From positions 832,001 through 896,000 of the forward strand of contig CAWBZV010000002.1 in the NCBI GenBank assembly GCA_963793305.1: a stretch of 64,000 bases of DNA, read 5' to 3'. Shown here one piece after another: positions 46,108-55,619 of this stretch. The position numbers and the translations under genes were made by a program. The DNA is from an uncultured Gemmatimonadales bacterium. GTDB taxonomy: Bacteria > Gemmatimonadota > Gemmatimonadetes > Gemmatimonadales > Gemmatimonadaceae. The number at the start of each line of letters is the position of its first letter. Positions within the stretch are counted from its first letter, which is position 1. The notes beneath the pieces are model-generated. The model was given only the letters and a program-made list of their open reading frames with translations, was not told where the DNA came from and did not search any database.

Positions 46108-47649
46108 TTAGTGCGGTAGACTCACAAGCCGCTCTTGGATATTCAGAAGAAATTGATGCAGATCAGTACCAGCGATATCGTCGAGAGTCATAGCTGATAC
46201 GATATCGCGATTCCTACGTTTCGGATTGCAGCCGATTTGGCGCTCCACCAATGTGTCGGGATCCAGCCTGTCGATCTGAGATTGTATCCGGGATCCCAGT
46301 ACTCGGCGCAATGCCGACATGGAGAAGTAATTCTCTAAGGCCCTTCGCTGGAGACGATGTGCGTAAATCCCTGCCTTGTTGCATTGTTCCATGAATTCAA
46401 GTCGCACTTTGTCGCTTTCCGGATCGCCATCGATGAGTGCGATGACATTGCGATTCTCGACGACAACGGTGAGGTCAAGTTGCAACATGGCGTCACCGCA
46501 GAGCGGCCACATCTTGATCAAGCACCGCTCCGGTAGTTGCATTTTGGCTAGAAAGGCCTCGAGCGCGGCCTTGTCACTTGGCCCTTCGACGAGCAGTAGG
46601 AGGTCTGCCACCAGATTGTCGGCGACCGAATACCCGAGATCGGTCAAAACTTTCGCCCTGCTCGTCTCATCGTTGACGACGATCTCGGCGTCAGAAGTGC
46701 AAAGGAAGACACGATCCACGTGCGCAATATCCAGGCACACGCTTGAGTGCGTTGTGAGAACGTATTGTTTATCAGTGCGCGAGCGGAGAAAACCGAGCAA
46801 GCGCCGCTGAAGGTCGGGATGCAAATGACTCTCTGGTTCCTCGATGCACAGCACATCGATCGAGGGGTCCAGCGCGAAATACACTATCAAGAGGAGGTCC
46901 TGCAGGCCCAAACCGCAATCGTCAGCGTTGAGCGTCACGCCACGCGGACGCGATAGGCTGTCCGGCAGCGTAAACCGCAAATGCAGGAAATTTTGCCGAT
47001 CGGGTGTAATCTCGACTGCGTGACCATCCGATAGTGCGCTAAATGCACCAACGACGTTGTTATAAAACTGCCGCTCATCGGAGTACTTATCTTGATTCAG
47101 TGAAAACGAAAGGGTATTGACGATACCGGAGCCAGCAGGATCGGGGGCAAGGCTGAAATTCAAGCTGTCGGTCGTCTTAAGTCGGCGCTTCGCTGGAAGC
47201 AGCTTAACTCTAGGCGGAGGCCCTACTAAAGACGGCCACGCGGTTCCCGCGACTGCAATCTGAAAGGGGTATTGAGTGAACAATGGGTGCCGGTTGTAAC
47301 GCTCGGCAAAACCGCTAAACAGAATCCCATCGTCAGTCGCATACCAAATGCCTTCTCGATCCGCAACGGTGGCCTCAACCATTCGATCGAATGGCTCCGT
47401 GTAGTTCGTGCTCATGCCCTGTGGCAGAGCGACTGCTTTACGTAGAGCGTCTCGCAATGCATTGAACTTAGAACCGCTAAAGGTCACGCCCCGCACGTTC
47501 TTAGTCTGGTCAGCTATGCATTCAACGATCGTGGATTTCCCACTGTTGTTGCGACCAGAAAGCACATTGATGCGGTCTAAGCTGCGGAGGACTCCTTGAT
47601 TGAGGCCCTTGTGAGGCCCAATGCGAATGTGCTCAAAATGGTTCGTCAT
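46108..47649 (-). CDS. OLD-family-like ABC ATPase + TOPRIM nuclease
   Basis: Walker A GRNNSGKS, signature CGLG, Walker B IEEPESHLHP, TTHS, TOPRIM VEGPSD and DGD, LENY. Confidence 0.85.
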   Translation of the reverse strand: MTNHFEHIRIGPHKGLNQGVLRSLDRINVLSGRNNSGKSTIVECIADQTKNVRGVTFSGSKFNALRDALRKAVALPQGMSTNYTEPFDRMVEATVADREGIWYATDDGILFSGFAERYNRHPLFTQYPFQIAVAGTAWPSLVGPPPRVKLLPAKRRLKTTDSLNFSLAPDPAGSGIVNTLSFSLNQDKYSDERQFYNNVVGAFSALSDGHAVEITPDRQNFLHLRFTLPDSLSRPRGVTLNADDCGLGLQDLLLIVYFALDPSIDVLCIEEPESHLHPDLQRRLLGFLRSRTDKQYVLTTHSSVCLDIAHVDRVFLCTSDAEIVVNDETSRAKVLTDLGYSVADNLVADLLLLVEGPSDKAALEAFLAKMQLPERCLIKMWPLCGDAMLQLDLTVVVENRNVIALIDGDPESDKVRLEFMEQCNKAGIYAHRLQRRALENYFSMSALRRVLGSRIQSQIDRLDPDTLVERQIGCNPKRRNRDIVSAMTLDDIAGTDLHQFLLNIQERLVSLPH

Positions 47650-47934
47650 TGGCGGGTGAGGGTTACCGCGGATGCGGTTCGGGTACTCGCTAGGTAAGTG
47701 GCGTGAATTCGACCGAATTCGCCAGCGTGTTTTGGTCGCCGGTAATTACCTCTCGAACTAGACACGGATCAGGCAAATTCCTGACGTTGAAAGGGCAAGA
47801 TTCTGACGTTGGTTGGCGCAGTACCAACGGGTTACCTGAGTCGCCCTATATTCGCGTCATCACACTCATGGCTCGTATTCCTGGGTAGCGCATGCTTCAG
47901 CCAGGAGTCACGCGACTGTCAAAGGGATGGGCTA

Positions 47935-48516
47935 ATGGTACCTCGCAAGGGCAAAGTGGAAGAGGCTCCCATCACAGGAAGAACGATCTGGGATGTGGTG
48001 TGGGCGCTCCTGGGTCAGCCGATCGTTGGCGGGGTCGCGCTCACGACTGTACTAGTCCTTCTTGTGTTAGTAGTGGCTGGCAAGATCAGTGTTTCATTGA
48101 GCGAGACGGGCCTCCGGCTGTCGCCAGTCGTACCAGCCGACGTGAACGTAGCAGGCTCTTGGGCCGCCGACGCGAAAGACGAGGAGGATGCGAATCATAC
48201 AATCGTAGCCCGCTACTCGTATGCGATCCAAGCGACACTCTCACAGAGTGGATCGGAGGTGACGTTTACAGGGCGGTATCGGATCAAGGAGGACCCCGGT
48301 GCGGCAGAGCGAACGGTTTCGGGGCACGGCACGTTGAACGGAGGCTATCTGTCGTTGCCATATGACATATCGACGCAATCGCAACCAGTAGAGACGACGC
48401 ACGGGGTCCTTTTCATTCATTTTCAGCCGTCGGGTACAAGCGCCACGGGCTACTATCTTGCGCGAAGTATGAAGGACGACGGCTTCGTGTTTGGCTCGAT
48501 GTCGCTACGACGGTGA
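47935..48516 (+). CDS. TM + beta-barrel protein (Cap15/S-2TMbeta-like)
   Basis: Hydrophobic N-terminus then NVAGSW...LSQ...Y...HG...GYY..R...GSMSLRR. Confidence 0.55.
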   Translation: MVPRKGKVEEAPITGRTIWDVVWALLGQPIVGGVALTTVLVLLVLVVAGKISVSLSETGLRLSPVVPADVNVAGSWAADAKDEEDANHTIVARYSYAIQATLSQSGSEVTFTGRYRIKEDPGAAERTVSGHGTLNGGYLSLPYDISTQSQPVETTHGVLFIHFQPSGTSATGYYLARSMKDDGFVFGSMSLRR

Positions 48517-48519
48517 TTT

Positions 48520-48666
48520 GGGGCACGGAGCGGCTGCAAGGAGCGAAGCGACTTGCAGGCGCGGAGTGCCCCGCCTCGCTGCCGCTCGCGACTGCGAGGC
48601 CCGCGTCCGAAGGACGGGGGCCGGCCGCCGCTGACTGAACGCGCAAAATGGGAGGTGGCTGCTCCA
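48520..48666. repeat. 147-bp structured direct repeat, copy 2
   Basis: Colinear with 45827-45973. Confidence 0.92.
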
Positions 48667-48794
48667 CCTGCGCGTCAGGTCCCATGCGAGTCGTCGGACC
48701 GCGATTCGGCGCACTCCATTTCAGGTCCTATAGACCGATCGGCGCATAGCTCCGTCAGAACCCAGTATGCACACCTCTCTGGGTTCTCACTGAT

Positions 48795-50636
48795 ATGGCG
48801 CCTCCAGCTGTCGATACGCTCGAGGAGCGCCAGCTCTGGCTGCTGTTTGCGGCCGACGTAGTCTTTGCGGCGGGATGCGCGACGCAGTATTTCGCGTGGC
48901 GCTTGGAGTTTCACAGGAACCTTGGACATTGGCTGTTCGAGGCAACGCCGGATCAACGACATGCGCTGATCGCGTTGGCGGTCGCACTCGGGTTAGGCGC
49001 AGCCGCTACCCTGGCATCTGGCCGATGGTGGCGCGCTGCCCCCGCCTGCGCGTTGCTCGCAGTCGGTTGTGCTCTCGCCGGCCTCACCCCGATCTATCCG
49101 CCGTACAACGTGGTCCTGTGGACTGTCGCGTATCACCGACACGCCCGACTGATCCCGATTGTGCGCCAGTCGCTAAGTGTGCTCGCGGCGTGCGCTGTCG
49201 CGGCGATCGGAGCAACCTTCGGCGTACGTCGAGGGCGGCGACCGAAATCGGTGTCGGACTCTTACGGCACGGCGCGGTGGGGTGACAGCGGCGACCTCGT
49301 ACGCGAAGAGGGCCTGTGCATTGGGCGCGATGCGCGAGGCCGAGTGCTACGGTACTCCGGTGACGGACACCTAGTAACGATTGCTCCGACGCGGTCAGGC
49401 AAGGGCGTAGGCATCGTCATCCCGAACTTGCTCACGTACCCAGGACCGATCGTCGTCACCGATCCAAAAGGCGAGAACTACGCGGTCACAGGAGCTCGTC
49501 GCCGCACGATGGGCGTGCCGGTACACGCGTTCGACCCTTTCGACGTTGCCGGCGGTCGCGCGGGCTTCAACCCGCTTGATCTCATCAAGGCGGATGCGGA
49601 CGAGGCCAACGACGAGTCCTGGGGCATCGCCGATATGTTAGTGGTTTCTGACGATCGAGGGCAGGAGCAAGCATTCTGGGACCGAGAGGCGAAGGCCATG
49701 CTCGCGGGGTTGGTCCTGTACGTGGTCGCGCACGAGGAGGGACCACAGCGTACGCTGGCCAGGGTTCGCGCCCTGCTGTCAACCACGCCTGAGCAGTTCG
49801 AAGGCTTGCTCAAAGACATGACGTCGAGCTCCGCGGCGCACGGCCTTGTCGCTCGGCACGCGAACCAGATGCTGAGCATGGAGACGAGACTCCTGTCCAA
49901 CGTGATAACGGCGGCGCGCAGTCATGTGCACTTTCTTGATAGCCCGGCGATCGCCAAGATCACTGGAACGTCGACTGTCGATCTGCGCTCCATTGTGAAT
50001 GAGCGGGCGAGCGTCTATTTGATCGTGCCGCCGGAGCGCATACAGACACATTGCGCCTGGCTGCGCCTGATGATCGCCTCGGCCCTGCGGTGCGCGATGA
50101 GCTCAAGGCGGCGGCCCGAGGTTCGCCCACTCTTCTTGCTCGACGAATTCGCGAACCTTGGACGCATGACGCCCGTTGAAGATGCGATCTCGCTCGCTGC
50201 CGGATACGGCATCACGTTCTGGCTGCTGGTTCAGGATCTTGGGCAGCTGCGCCACGCGTACGGTGACGGTGCGTCGTCATTTCTGTCGAACTCCGATGTC
50301 CTTCAGGCGTTCGGCGTGACCGACTTCGCGACGGCTGAGCATCTCTCGCGGCTCGCCGGCGAGCAGACGGTTATTGCAACCAGCGAGAGCCGCAGCTCAG
50401 GCGTGACGCGAGGCCGGAGCGGAAGCTCGCAGGAAGGGGCAGGGGAGACGGTGTCCGAGCATGCGCGGCGGTTGATCACGGCCGACGAGGTGCGGCGAAT
50501 GCCGGCTTGGGAGCAGCTGCTGTTCCTGCGTTCACGCGCGCCGATCAAGGTCGCGCGATTGGACTACAGGCTAGACCGGGAGTTCGCGGGGTTGGCGGCA
50601 CCGAATCCGCTCTTTCGACCAAGTCCACAGAGCTAA
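48795..50636 (+). CDS. virD4: Type IV coupling protein (VirD4/TraG)
   Basis: N-terminal TMs, YGTARW, APTRSGKGVGIVIPNL, DPKGEN, LLDEFANLG, QDLGQL..YG. Confidence 0.93.
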   Translation: MAPPAVDTLEERQLWLLFAADVVFAAGCATQYFAWRLEFHRNLGHWLFEATPDQRHALIALAVALGLGAAATLASGRWWRAAPACALLAVGCALAGLTPIYPPYNVVLWTVAYHRHARLIPIVRQSLSVLAACAVAAIGATFGVRRGRRPKSVSDSYGTARWGDSGDLVREEGLCIGRDARGRVLRYSGDGHLVTIAPTRSGKGVGIVIPNLLTYPGPIVVTDPKGENYAVTGARRRTMGVPVHAFDPFDVAGGRAGFNPLDLIKADADEANDESWGIADMLVVSDDRGQEQAFWDREAKAMLAGLVLYVVAHEEGPQRTLARVRALLSTTPEQFEGLLKDMTSSSAAHGLVARHANQMLSMETRLLSNVITAARSHVHFLDSPAIAKITGTSTVDLRSIVNERASVYLIVPPERIQTHCAWLRLMIASALRCAMSSRRRPEVRPLFLLDEFANLGRMTPVEDAISLAAGYGITFWLLVQDLGQLRHAYGDGASSFLSNSDVLQAFGVTDFATAEHLSRLAGEQTVIATSESRSSGVTRGRSGSSQEGAGETVSEHARRLITADEVRRMPAWEQLLFLRSRAPIKVARLDYRLDREFAGLAAPNPLFRPSPQS

Positions 50637-50683
50637 CCTGACAGCGGCGCTTAAGCTCGGTGCCGAAACATGGTTTTTGTCTG

Positions 50684-51574
50684 CTACTGCTTTATACCCA
50701 GCCGGAATAAGAGAATTGCCACCAGTACGGCAGCTGCAAAGCCGAGCAGCGTCTTCACCCATTCTTCTCGAAGTGACGATTTGGTTTGCTCCCAGATCGT
50801 TGGTGCCGCGCCTTTAGTGCAGAACAGGTCGTACCCGAGCTTGTGCACAATGCCTGCGGGCGAATGAGGATCGCTGGATGAGCCAAGCCAATCCTTCTTA
50901 AGCACGGCGACGAGATCCAGAGCTTCGTGCTCGACACCATTCCGACGGGCGATATCTCGGCAGTACGAGCAGAGAAACGCCTGTAAGGCTTTGTAGCGCA
51001 CATTGACCAGCCTGTCATTAAAGTCTCCGACGCACCCTTTGGTGCCGATGTGTGACTGTCCTCCCTCATTCCGTGGAGAGATGACAAATAGGGCATCGCG
51101 GATCAGGAGGGTCAGGATGAATTCCAAGAGCGATGGTGGCGCCATATAACGCTGCCAATCACCGAGAAATATTCCCGTGACCGCTCCGATGTTCGCGAGG
51201 TAATACTGATTCGAGAGTTTCGCTAAGGACACGATGACGATATGCGGAGGCCAAGTTTCTGAAAGGTCGTACTGAGCGTTGATTTCATCGCGGGCTTTTC
51301 TCAGACGCAGCACGAGGCCGACCATGTCTTGTTCACATGATGACCACTCAATGCGGGCGTTGGGCTTGAGTCGAGCGACGAGGGGATCGTTCGTGGCATC
51401 AAGAAGTTCGAACTCCACATGAGGCTGGAGCGTATTGAGATGCAGAATCAGATATTCAAGCGCAGCCACGCGCAGGCGTCCCAAATCAGCGAGCACCACT
51501 CCGATGCGGGCAGGTGTGCGCATGCCGGAGGAGGCGTGAGGATCCCGAGGAATATCGTACTGCACCGTGGTCAT
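50684..51574 (-). CDS. Hypothetical cargo protein with Cys/His cluster and C-terminal TM
   Basis: SHIGTKGCVGDF...LCSYC; AT-richer codons than host genes. Confidence 0.7.
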   Translation of the reverse strand: MTTVQYDIPRDPHASSGMRTPARIGVVLADLGRLRVAALEYLILHLNTLQPHVEFELLDATNDPLVARLKPNARIEWSSCEQDMVGLVLRLRKARDEINAQYDLSETWPPHIVIVSLAKLSNQYYLANIGAVTGIFLGDWQRYMAPPSLLEFILTLLIRDALFVISPRNEGGQSHIGTKGCVGDFNDRLVNVRYKALQAFLCSYCRDIARRNGVEHEALDLVAVLKKDWLGSSSDPHSPAGIVHKLGYDLFCTKGAAPTIWEQTKSSLREEWVKTLLGFAAAVLVAILLFRLGIKQ

Positions 51575-51764
51575 ATCAGCTCTCTCTTAAGTTGCGAATG
51601 AGCGGTGGGCGCTTTAGGGCCCGGAATCTTGCGGGCAATAGAAAACGCGCACTCGTGGTCCCTGGTCGAGACCCCATAGTGCACGGGGAGATGCGCTAAG
51701 GCAACGACGATCACATCGACAGCCGAAAAGGTCTGGTGGCTATCGGCCGTATGTGGTGAGATGG

Positions 51765-53123
51765 CTATCGTTCGCGATCGCCGAGCGTGTCGCCCATAGC
51801 GCGACCGATCTCCTTAATTGGCAGAGGAATCGTCTGCGTCAGACTCCGGGCCGGAGACTCGGGAGAGAGACGGGTTACGAGCTCGCTGGTTCTTTCGCGT
51901 AACGTCGCGATCCCATTGCGCACGGCGTCTACGGAGGCATCTGGTTGAAGATCCAGTAGGTCCCGGACTTGACGCCTGTGGCCGAGCCACTCGCGCGCCA
52001 GGCTCGCAGCCTCAGTGGCGGCGGTGCGCGCGGGCGTGTCGTCTCTCGTGCTCCACAGGCCAAAGAGGTGCTTACGCTCGGCCTGCACCAATGTCCCGAA
52101 CTGCTCGGGGTGACCGCGCAACGTATCAACGGCCCGCTCATCGCCATGCTCGGCGGCGTGGCCTGAGAATGCGAGGGCGGCCGATTGTGAGTCAACGTAC
52201 GTGTCGCCCAACGCCCGGCCGACGTTTGCGGCGCTGCGCTCAGCGCGCTGAAGGGCCCATTCCGCGTGACGTAGGCGTTGCTTGGCCCCGTCGATCTCTC
52301 GCTCGACTTCAAAGGGTGACCGGCTGGGCTCCTTGTCCTTCGACAACTCCGGTGAGACTTCCGCGGTGTAGGGGCCAAGTCGGGATTCGAGTCGAGAGAG
52401 GGAGACATTGGCCGCCAGGCTCGAGGCTTTCGTTCGAGATGTCCCGTCGCTGAGCACCAGACCGTGAGCCCGGCGCTCCAACTCGAGCCCGTGTGCGCGA
52501 AGGTGGTCGCGCAGCTCGCCCCACGACTGGGCGGAACGAATTTCCGGCAGTAGTGAGCGAAGGCGCGTTGCGAGGTCGCGATCTGTGGCTGTTCGATCGT
52601 GAGATTGCTCCCTCGCCTGTGCGAGCGGGACGGCGCGATCAGCCAGGCGTTGGTCGCGCTCGACGACCCGGCGGAGGCCGAATTCGACTTCGACCTCCGC
52701 CAAGACCCGATCCAGGACCGCGCGATCCTGCCAACGATCCCAAGCCGCGAAGGTCTCGGGGTGGATCCGGTTCACGAGAGCATGGACGTGCTGATGCTCG
52801 CGATCGTGATGCGCGACTAGTACCGTTTGGTGTTCGGCCAATCCGAGCTCCGACAGGACCCGGTCGGCAACCTGCTCCATCAGCTCCCGCGTCGGGTTGT
52901 CCTCCGGAGCGAAGCTGAGACTGAGTTGGTAGGCGGGAGCGTCGACGCGACGATTCTGGCCCGCCGTAGCTTGCATCAGATCCGCGGAGAGGTGCGGGTC
53001 ATCCGTGACGAGGTTCCGCGATGAGGTCCAGGCAACGCGGGCCGGGTCGACTCCACGCTCTCTTCCCGCCAGGTACCTCGCGATGCGTGCGAATGATCGC
53101 CCGGTCCTTGTCCTGGCGATCAC
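51765..53123 (-). CDS. MOBP-type (VirD2-like) relaxase
   Basis: N-terminal ARYL Tyr, AYQLSLSF, HHDREHQHVHALVNRI (3H motif). Confidence 0.92.
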   Translation of the reverse strand: MIARTRTGRSFARIARYLAGRERGVDPARVAWTSSRNLVTDDPHLSADLMQATAGQNRRVDAPAYQLSLSFAPEDNPTRELMEQVADRVLSELGLAEHQTVLVAHHDREHQHVHALVNRIHPETFAAWDRWQDRAVLDRVLAEVEVEFGLRRVVERDQRLADRAVPLAQAREQSHDRTATDRDLATRLRSLLPEIRSAQSWGELRDHLRAHGLELERRAHGLVLSDGTSRTKASSLAANVSLSRLESRLGPYTAEVSPELSKDKEPSRSPFEVEREIDGAKQRLRHAEWALQRAERSAANVGRALGDTYVDSQSAALAFSGHAAEHGDERAVDTLRGHPEQFGTLVQAERKHLFGLWSTRDDTPARTAATEAASLAREWLGHRRQVRDLLDLQPDASVDAVRNGIATLRERTSELVTRLSPESPARSLTQTIPLPIKEIGRAMGDTLGDRER

Positions 53124-53437
53124 GAACTACGGTGCTCAGTCGTGAGCTGCTGAAGAACGGATACCAGTTCGCCGAGGACGCGCTCGGCGCGCAGCCGGGT
53201 TGCGGAATCAGCCCCGGAGCGGGCAATTGCCTTGAGGTCAGCGCCAATCGCTCCGAGCGAGTGCAGCAGCTCCGGGCTTGCAAGGTTGCAAGGGGCCGGT
53301 GGCGCCGCGCCCGTTAGGCCGGCATTCCGTAAGTAGCGCGCCGGCAGCTGCCCGGCGGCTTTGGCGCGCTGCTCAATCTCCGTGAATTCCTCGGGCGTGA
53401 GGCGAACCAGCTTGGAACGCGTACGGCGGGCGGGCAA
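53120..53437 (-). CDS. mobC: MobC-like RHH relaxosome accessory protein
   Basis: VRLTPEEF.EIEQRA..AG....YLR; LGAIGADLKAIAR; overlaps relaxase start. Confidence 0.85.
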   Translation of the reverse strand: MPARRTRSKLVRLTPEEFTEIEQRAKAAGQLPARYLRNAGLTGAAPPAPCNLASPELLHSLGAIGADLKAIARSGADSATRLRAERVLGELVSVLQQLTTEHRSS

Positions 53438-53439
53438 TC

Positions 53440-53600
53440 GACTCTCCTGGCGACGTTGACAGTACGGCGGCGGGAGTACAGATATCCCGTCGGGTTACTT
53501 CCCCGATCGCGACCGATATCCGATCACTACCTTGGTTGCTGGTTGCGAGGGGAAGCGTGGCAGGAGAGAGACGGCGCGGATATACGGGCGGTCTACGAAG
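53440..53600. other. Candidate oriT region
   Basis: Upstream of mobC; GATATCCCGTC (53481-91) resembles the MOBP/T-border nic core ATATCCTG(T/C). Confidence 0.45.
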
Positions 53601-53722
53601 GCCATCACGGGTGACTCAGACGTTAGAGATGTGACGCATTCTGTCAGAACCATGCCCTTTGCGAGTGCGGCCAATGGGCATATCGTTGCGCGCAACTATA
53701 CGCGCCGCCTGCGATTGGAAGG

Positions 53723-54755
53723 GTGATTTTGTTGACTATCACAATCCCGTACGAGCGCGTTGTCGCTGAGTTCTACGCGGCCAAGCCGCCGCACATTTTA
53801 CTCGGCAACGGTTTTAGCCGTGCTTGTCGCGATGATATTTTCGACTACGGTGCGCTGTTTGATCGGGCGGACTTCTCGAGCCTCTCACCAAGCGCGAGAA
53901 GTTCCTTCGATGCACTTACGACGACTGATTTTGAAGTAGTGATGCGAGCACTGCGAAATGCTTCGGCACTAGTACGTCTGTACTCACGAGAGTCCACAAC
54001 TCTGATCTCGCAGCTCGAGGAGGACGCGAACGGACTTCGGGAGGTCTTGGTCAAGGCCATTGCCGAGAGTCATCCGGAGCAGCCAGCTGAGGTTGCTGAC
54101 GAGGCGTACTCAGCTTGTCGCCGGTTTCTAGTGCCCTTTAAGCACATTCTATACTCTGAATTATGACTTGTTGCTTTACTGGGCGTTGATGCACAACGAC
54201 GTTGACCCTGCAATCAAGTTTGACGATGGATTCCGGACTCCAACTGGCGGGCCGCAGGAGTACGTCACTTGGGACATTGAGAACACAAATCGGCAGACGC
54301 TCTTCTACCTCCATGGCGCGCTGCATCTCTTCGACGGCGGGGATGAGTTGCAGAAGTACACCTGGATCAACACCGGAGTGCGGTTGATAGAACAGGTCCG
54401 TCGTGCGCTAGCAGCGAACCTATACCCTTTGTTCGTGGCGGAAGGAGAGAGCGCCCAAAAAATGGATCGTATCAGACACAGCGATTTCTTGTCTCGCAGT
54501 CTACGAAGTTTCGCTAACATCTCAGGCACGCTCGTAGTATACGGCCACTCGTTCGCGCCCAACGACGAGCACGTCATAAGGCTGATCGAAAGGGGTAAGG
54601 TGGCGACGATACTCGTCAGTCTGTACGGCGACCCCGACTCATCGGACAATAGGGCCATTGTCGCGCGAGTGAATCGCATGCAAGCTGCCAGACATCGAAG
54701 TCGGCCGCTTGAAACCGTCTTTTTTGATGCCGCCACGGCCAAAGTGTGGGGATAG
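53723..54755 (+). CDS. DUF4917-like (SIR2-fold) protein, 1-nt insertion near 54147
   Basis: LLGNGFS, repaired YTLNYDLLLYW, DGF, YLHGALH, YGHS...NDEH. Confidence 0.8.
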
Positions 54756-54858
54756 ATGGCGGGTTGGGCAGGCGAAGTAGCCGCACAAATGAGCACAAGG
54801 GTGCCCGTGTGAATCAATCCAACCAGCTTCATTAAGCTCTGCAAATTGACGAAGGATC

Positions 54859-55509
54859 ATGACTCTCATTGTAGCCAAGTTGGTCGGAGACGATTATCTC
54901 ATCGCCGGCGCGGACTCCCGCCTGACGAGCGGGGATGGCAATTCCAACCGTGACGGGGTTGTCAAGCTTTTCCTCGTAGGAGCGCAGCCGGATCAGTTTG
55001 CGATTACGGCTCGTGGTGACTTCGTGAGCTTCTTGCCGAGCTGGACGTCAACATCACTCAATATTGGTGGGTGGCTGGCCGAATGGACGGGGCGAATGAG
55101 AGACGACCATCGTTCAATGGATATGCAGCTCGCAGTGCTTCAATCGGAGTTGGCGGTACCGCTTGCCAATGCAGAGTCCAAACGTTGTGGCGAGTTGATC
55201 GCGCTGGGATGGGTGTCTGGCGGACTGCAGGCAAGAGTCGTGCAGGTCAGACAGCATAGCGACGGGCCACCAGAATTCGTAGTGCAACCAAGTCCAGGCT
55301 TGACCAGAGGGTGTGTGTGCAAGTGGCCTCCGACTCAAGCGATCTTATGCGAGGCGGAAGGCACGATTATCGACGTGACCACCATGCGAGGGTATATCGC
55401 GAAGCAAGCGCGATCAGATCGCACAGGCCTCATAAGCCAGGATCCACAACAAACGACGGTTGTGGAGTTGTGGCCTGGCCGTAGTGTCTTTCACGATCTG
55501 AGCCTCTGA
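54859..55509 (+). CDS. Ntn-hydrolase (proteasome-beta/HslV-like) protein
   Basis: M-T-LIVA...GADSRLT...D...KLF pattern; AAGGA RBS. Confidence 0.65.
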   Translation: MTLIVAKLVGDDYLIAGADSRLTSGDGNSNRDGVVKLFLVGAQPDQFAITARGDFVSFLPSWTSTSLNIGGWLAEWTGRMRDDHRSMDMQLAVLQSELAVPLANAESKRCGELIALGWVSGGLQARVVQVRQHSDGPPEFVVQPSPGLTRGCVCKWPPTQAILCEAEGTIIDVTTMRGYIAKQARSDRTGLISQDPQQTTVVELWPGRSVFHDLSL

Positions 55510-55619
55510 TGTTAAGCCAACTGGGGGACAGTCCATTGCAGAGTCCCAGGTAGTCTGAGTGCCTCACCGTGCGGTACAAGAGATGGTGCAAGGCTTTTGC
55601 TTCAGGACGGCTCTTCTCG

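Noticed and set aside
45827..48666. Integron attC sites or IS ends
   Set aside because: No RYYYAAC/GTTRRRY box pair, no IntI or transposase, repeats are direct and multi-hairpin
54164..54166. Selenocysteine UGA readthrough in the DUF4917-like gene
   Set aside because: The continuation is in another frame; a 1-nt deletion restores the conserved YTLNYD motif
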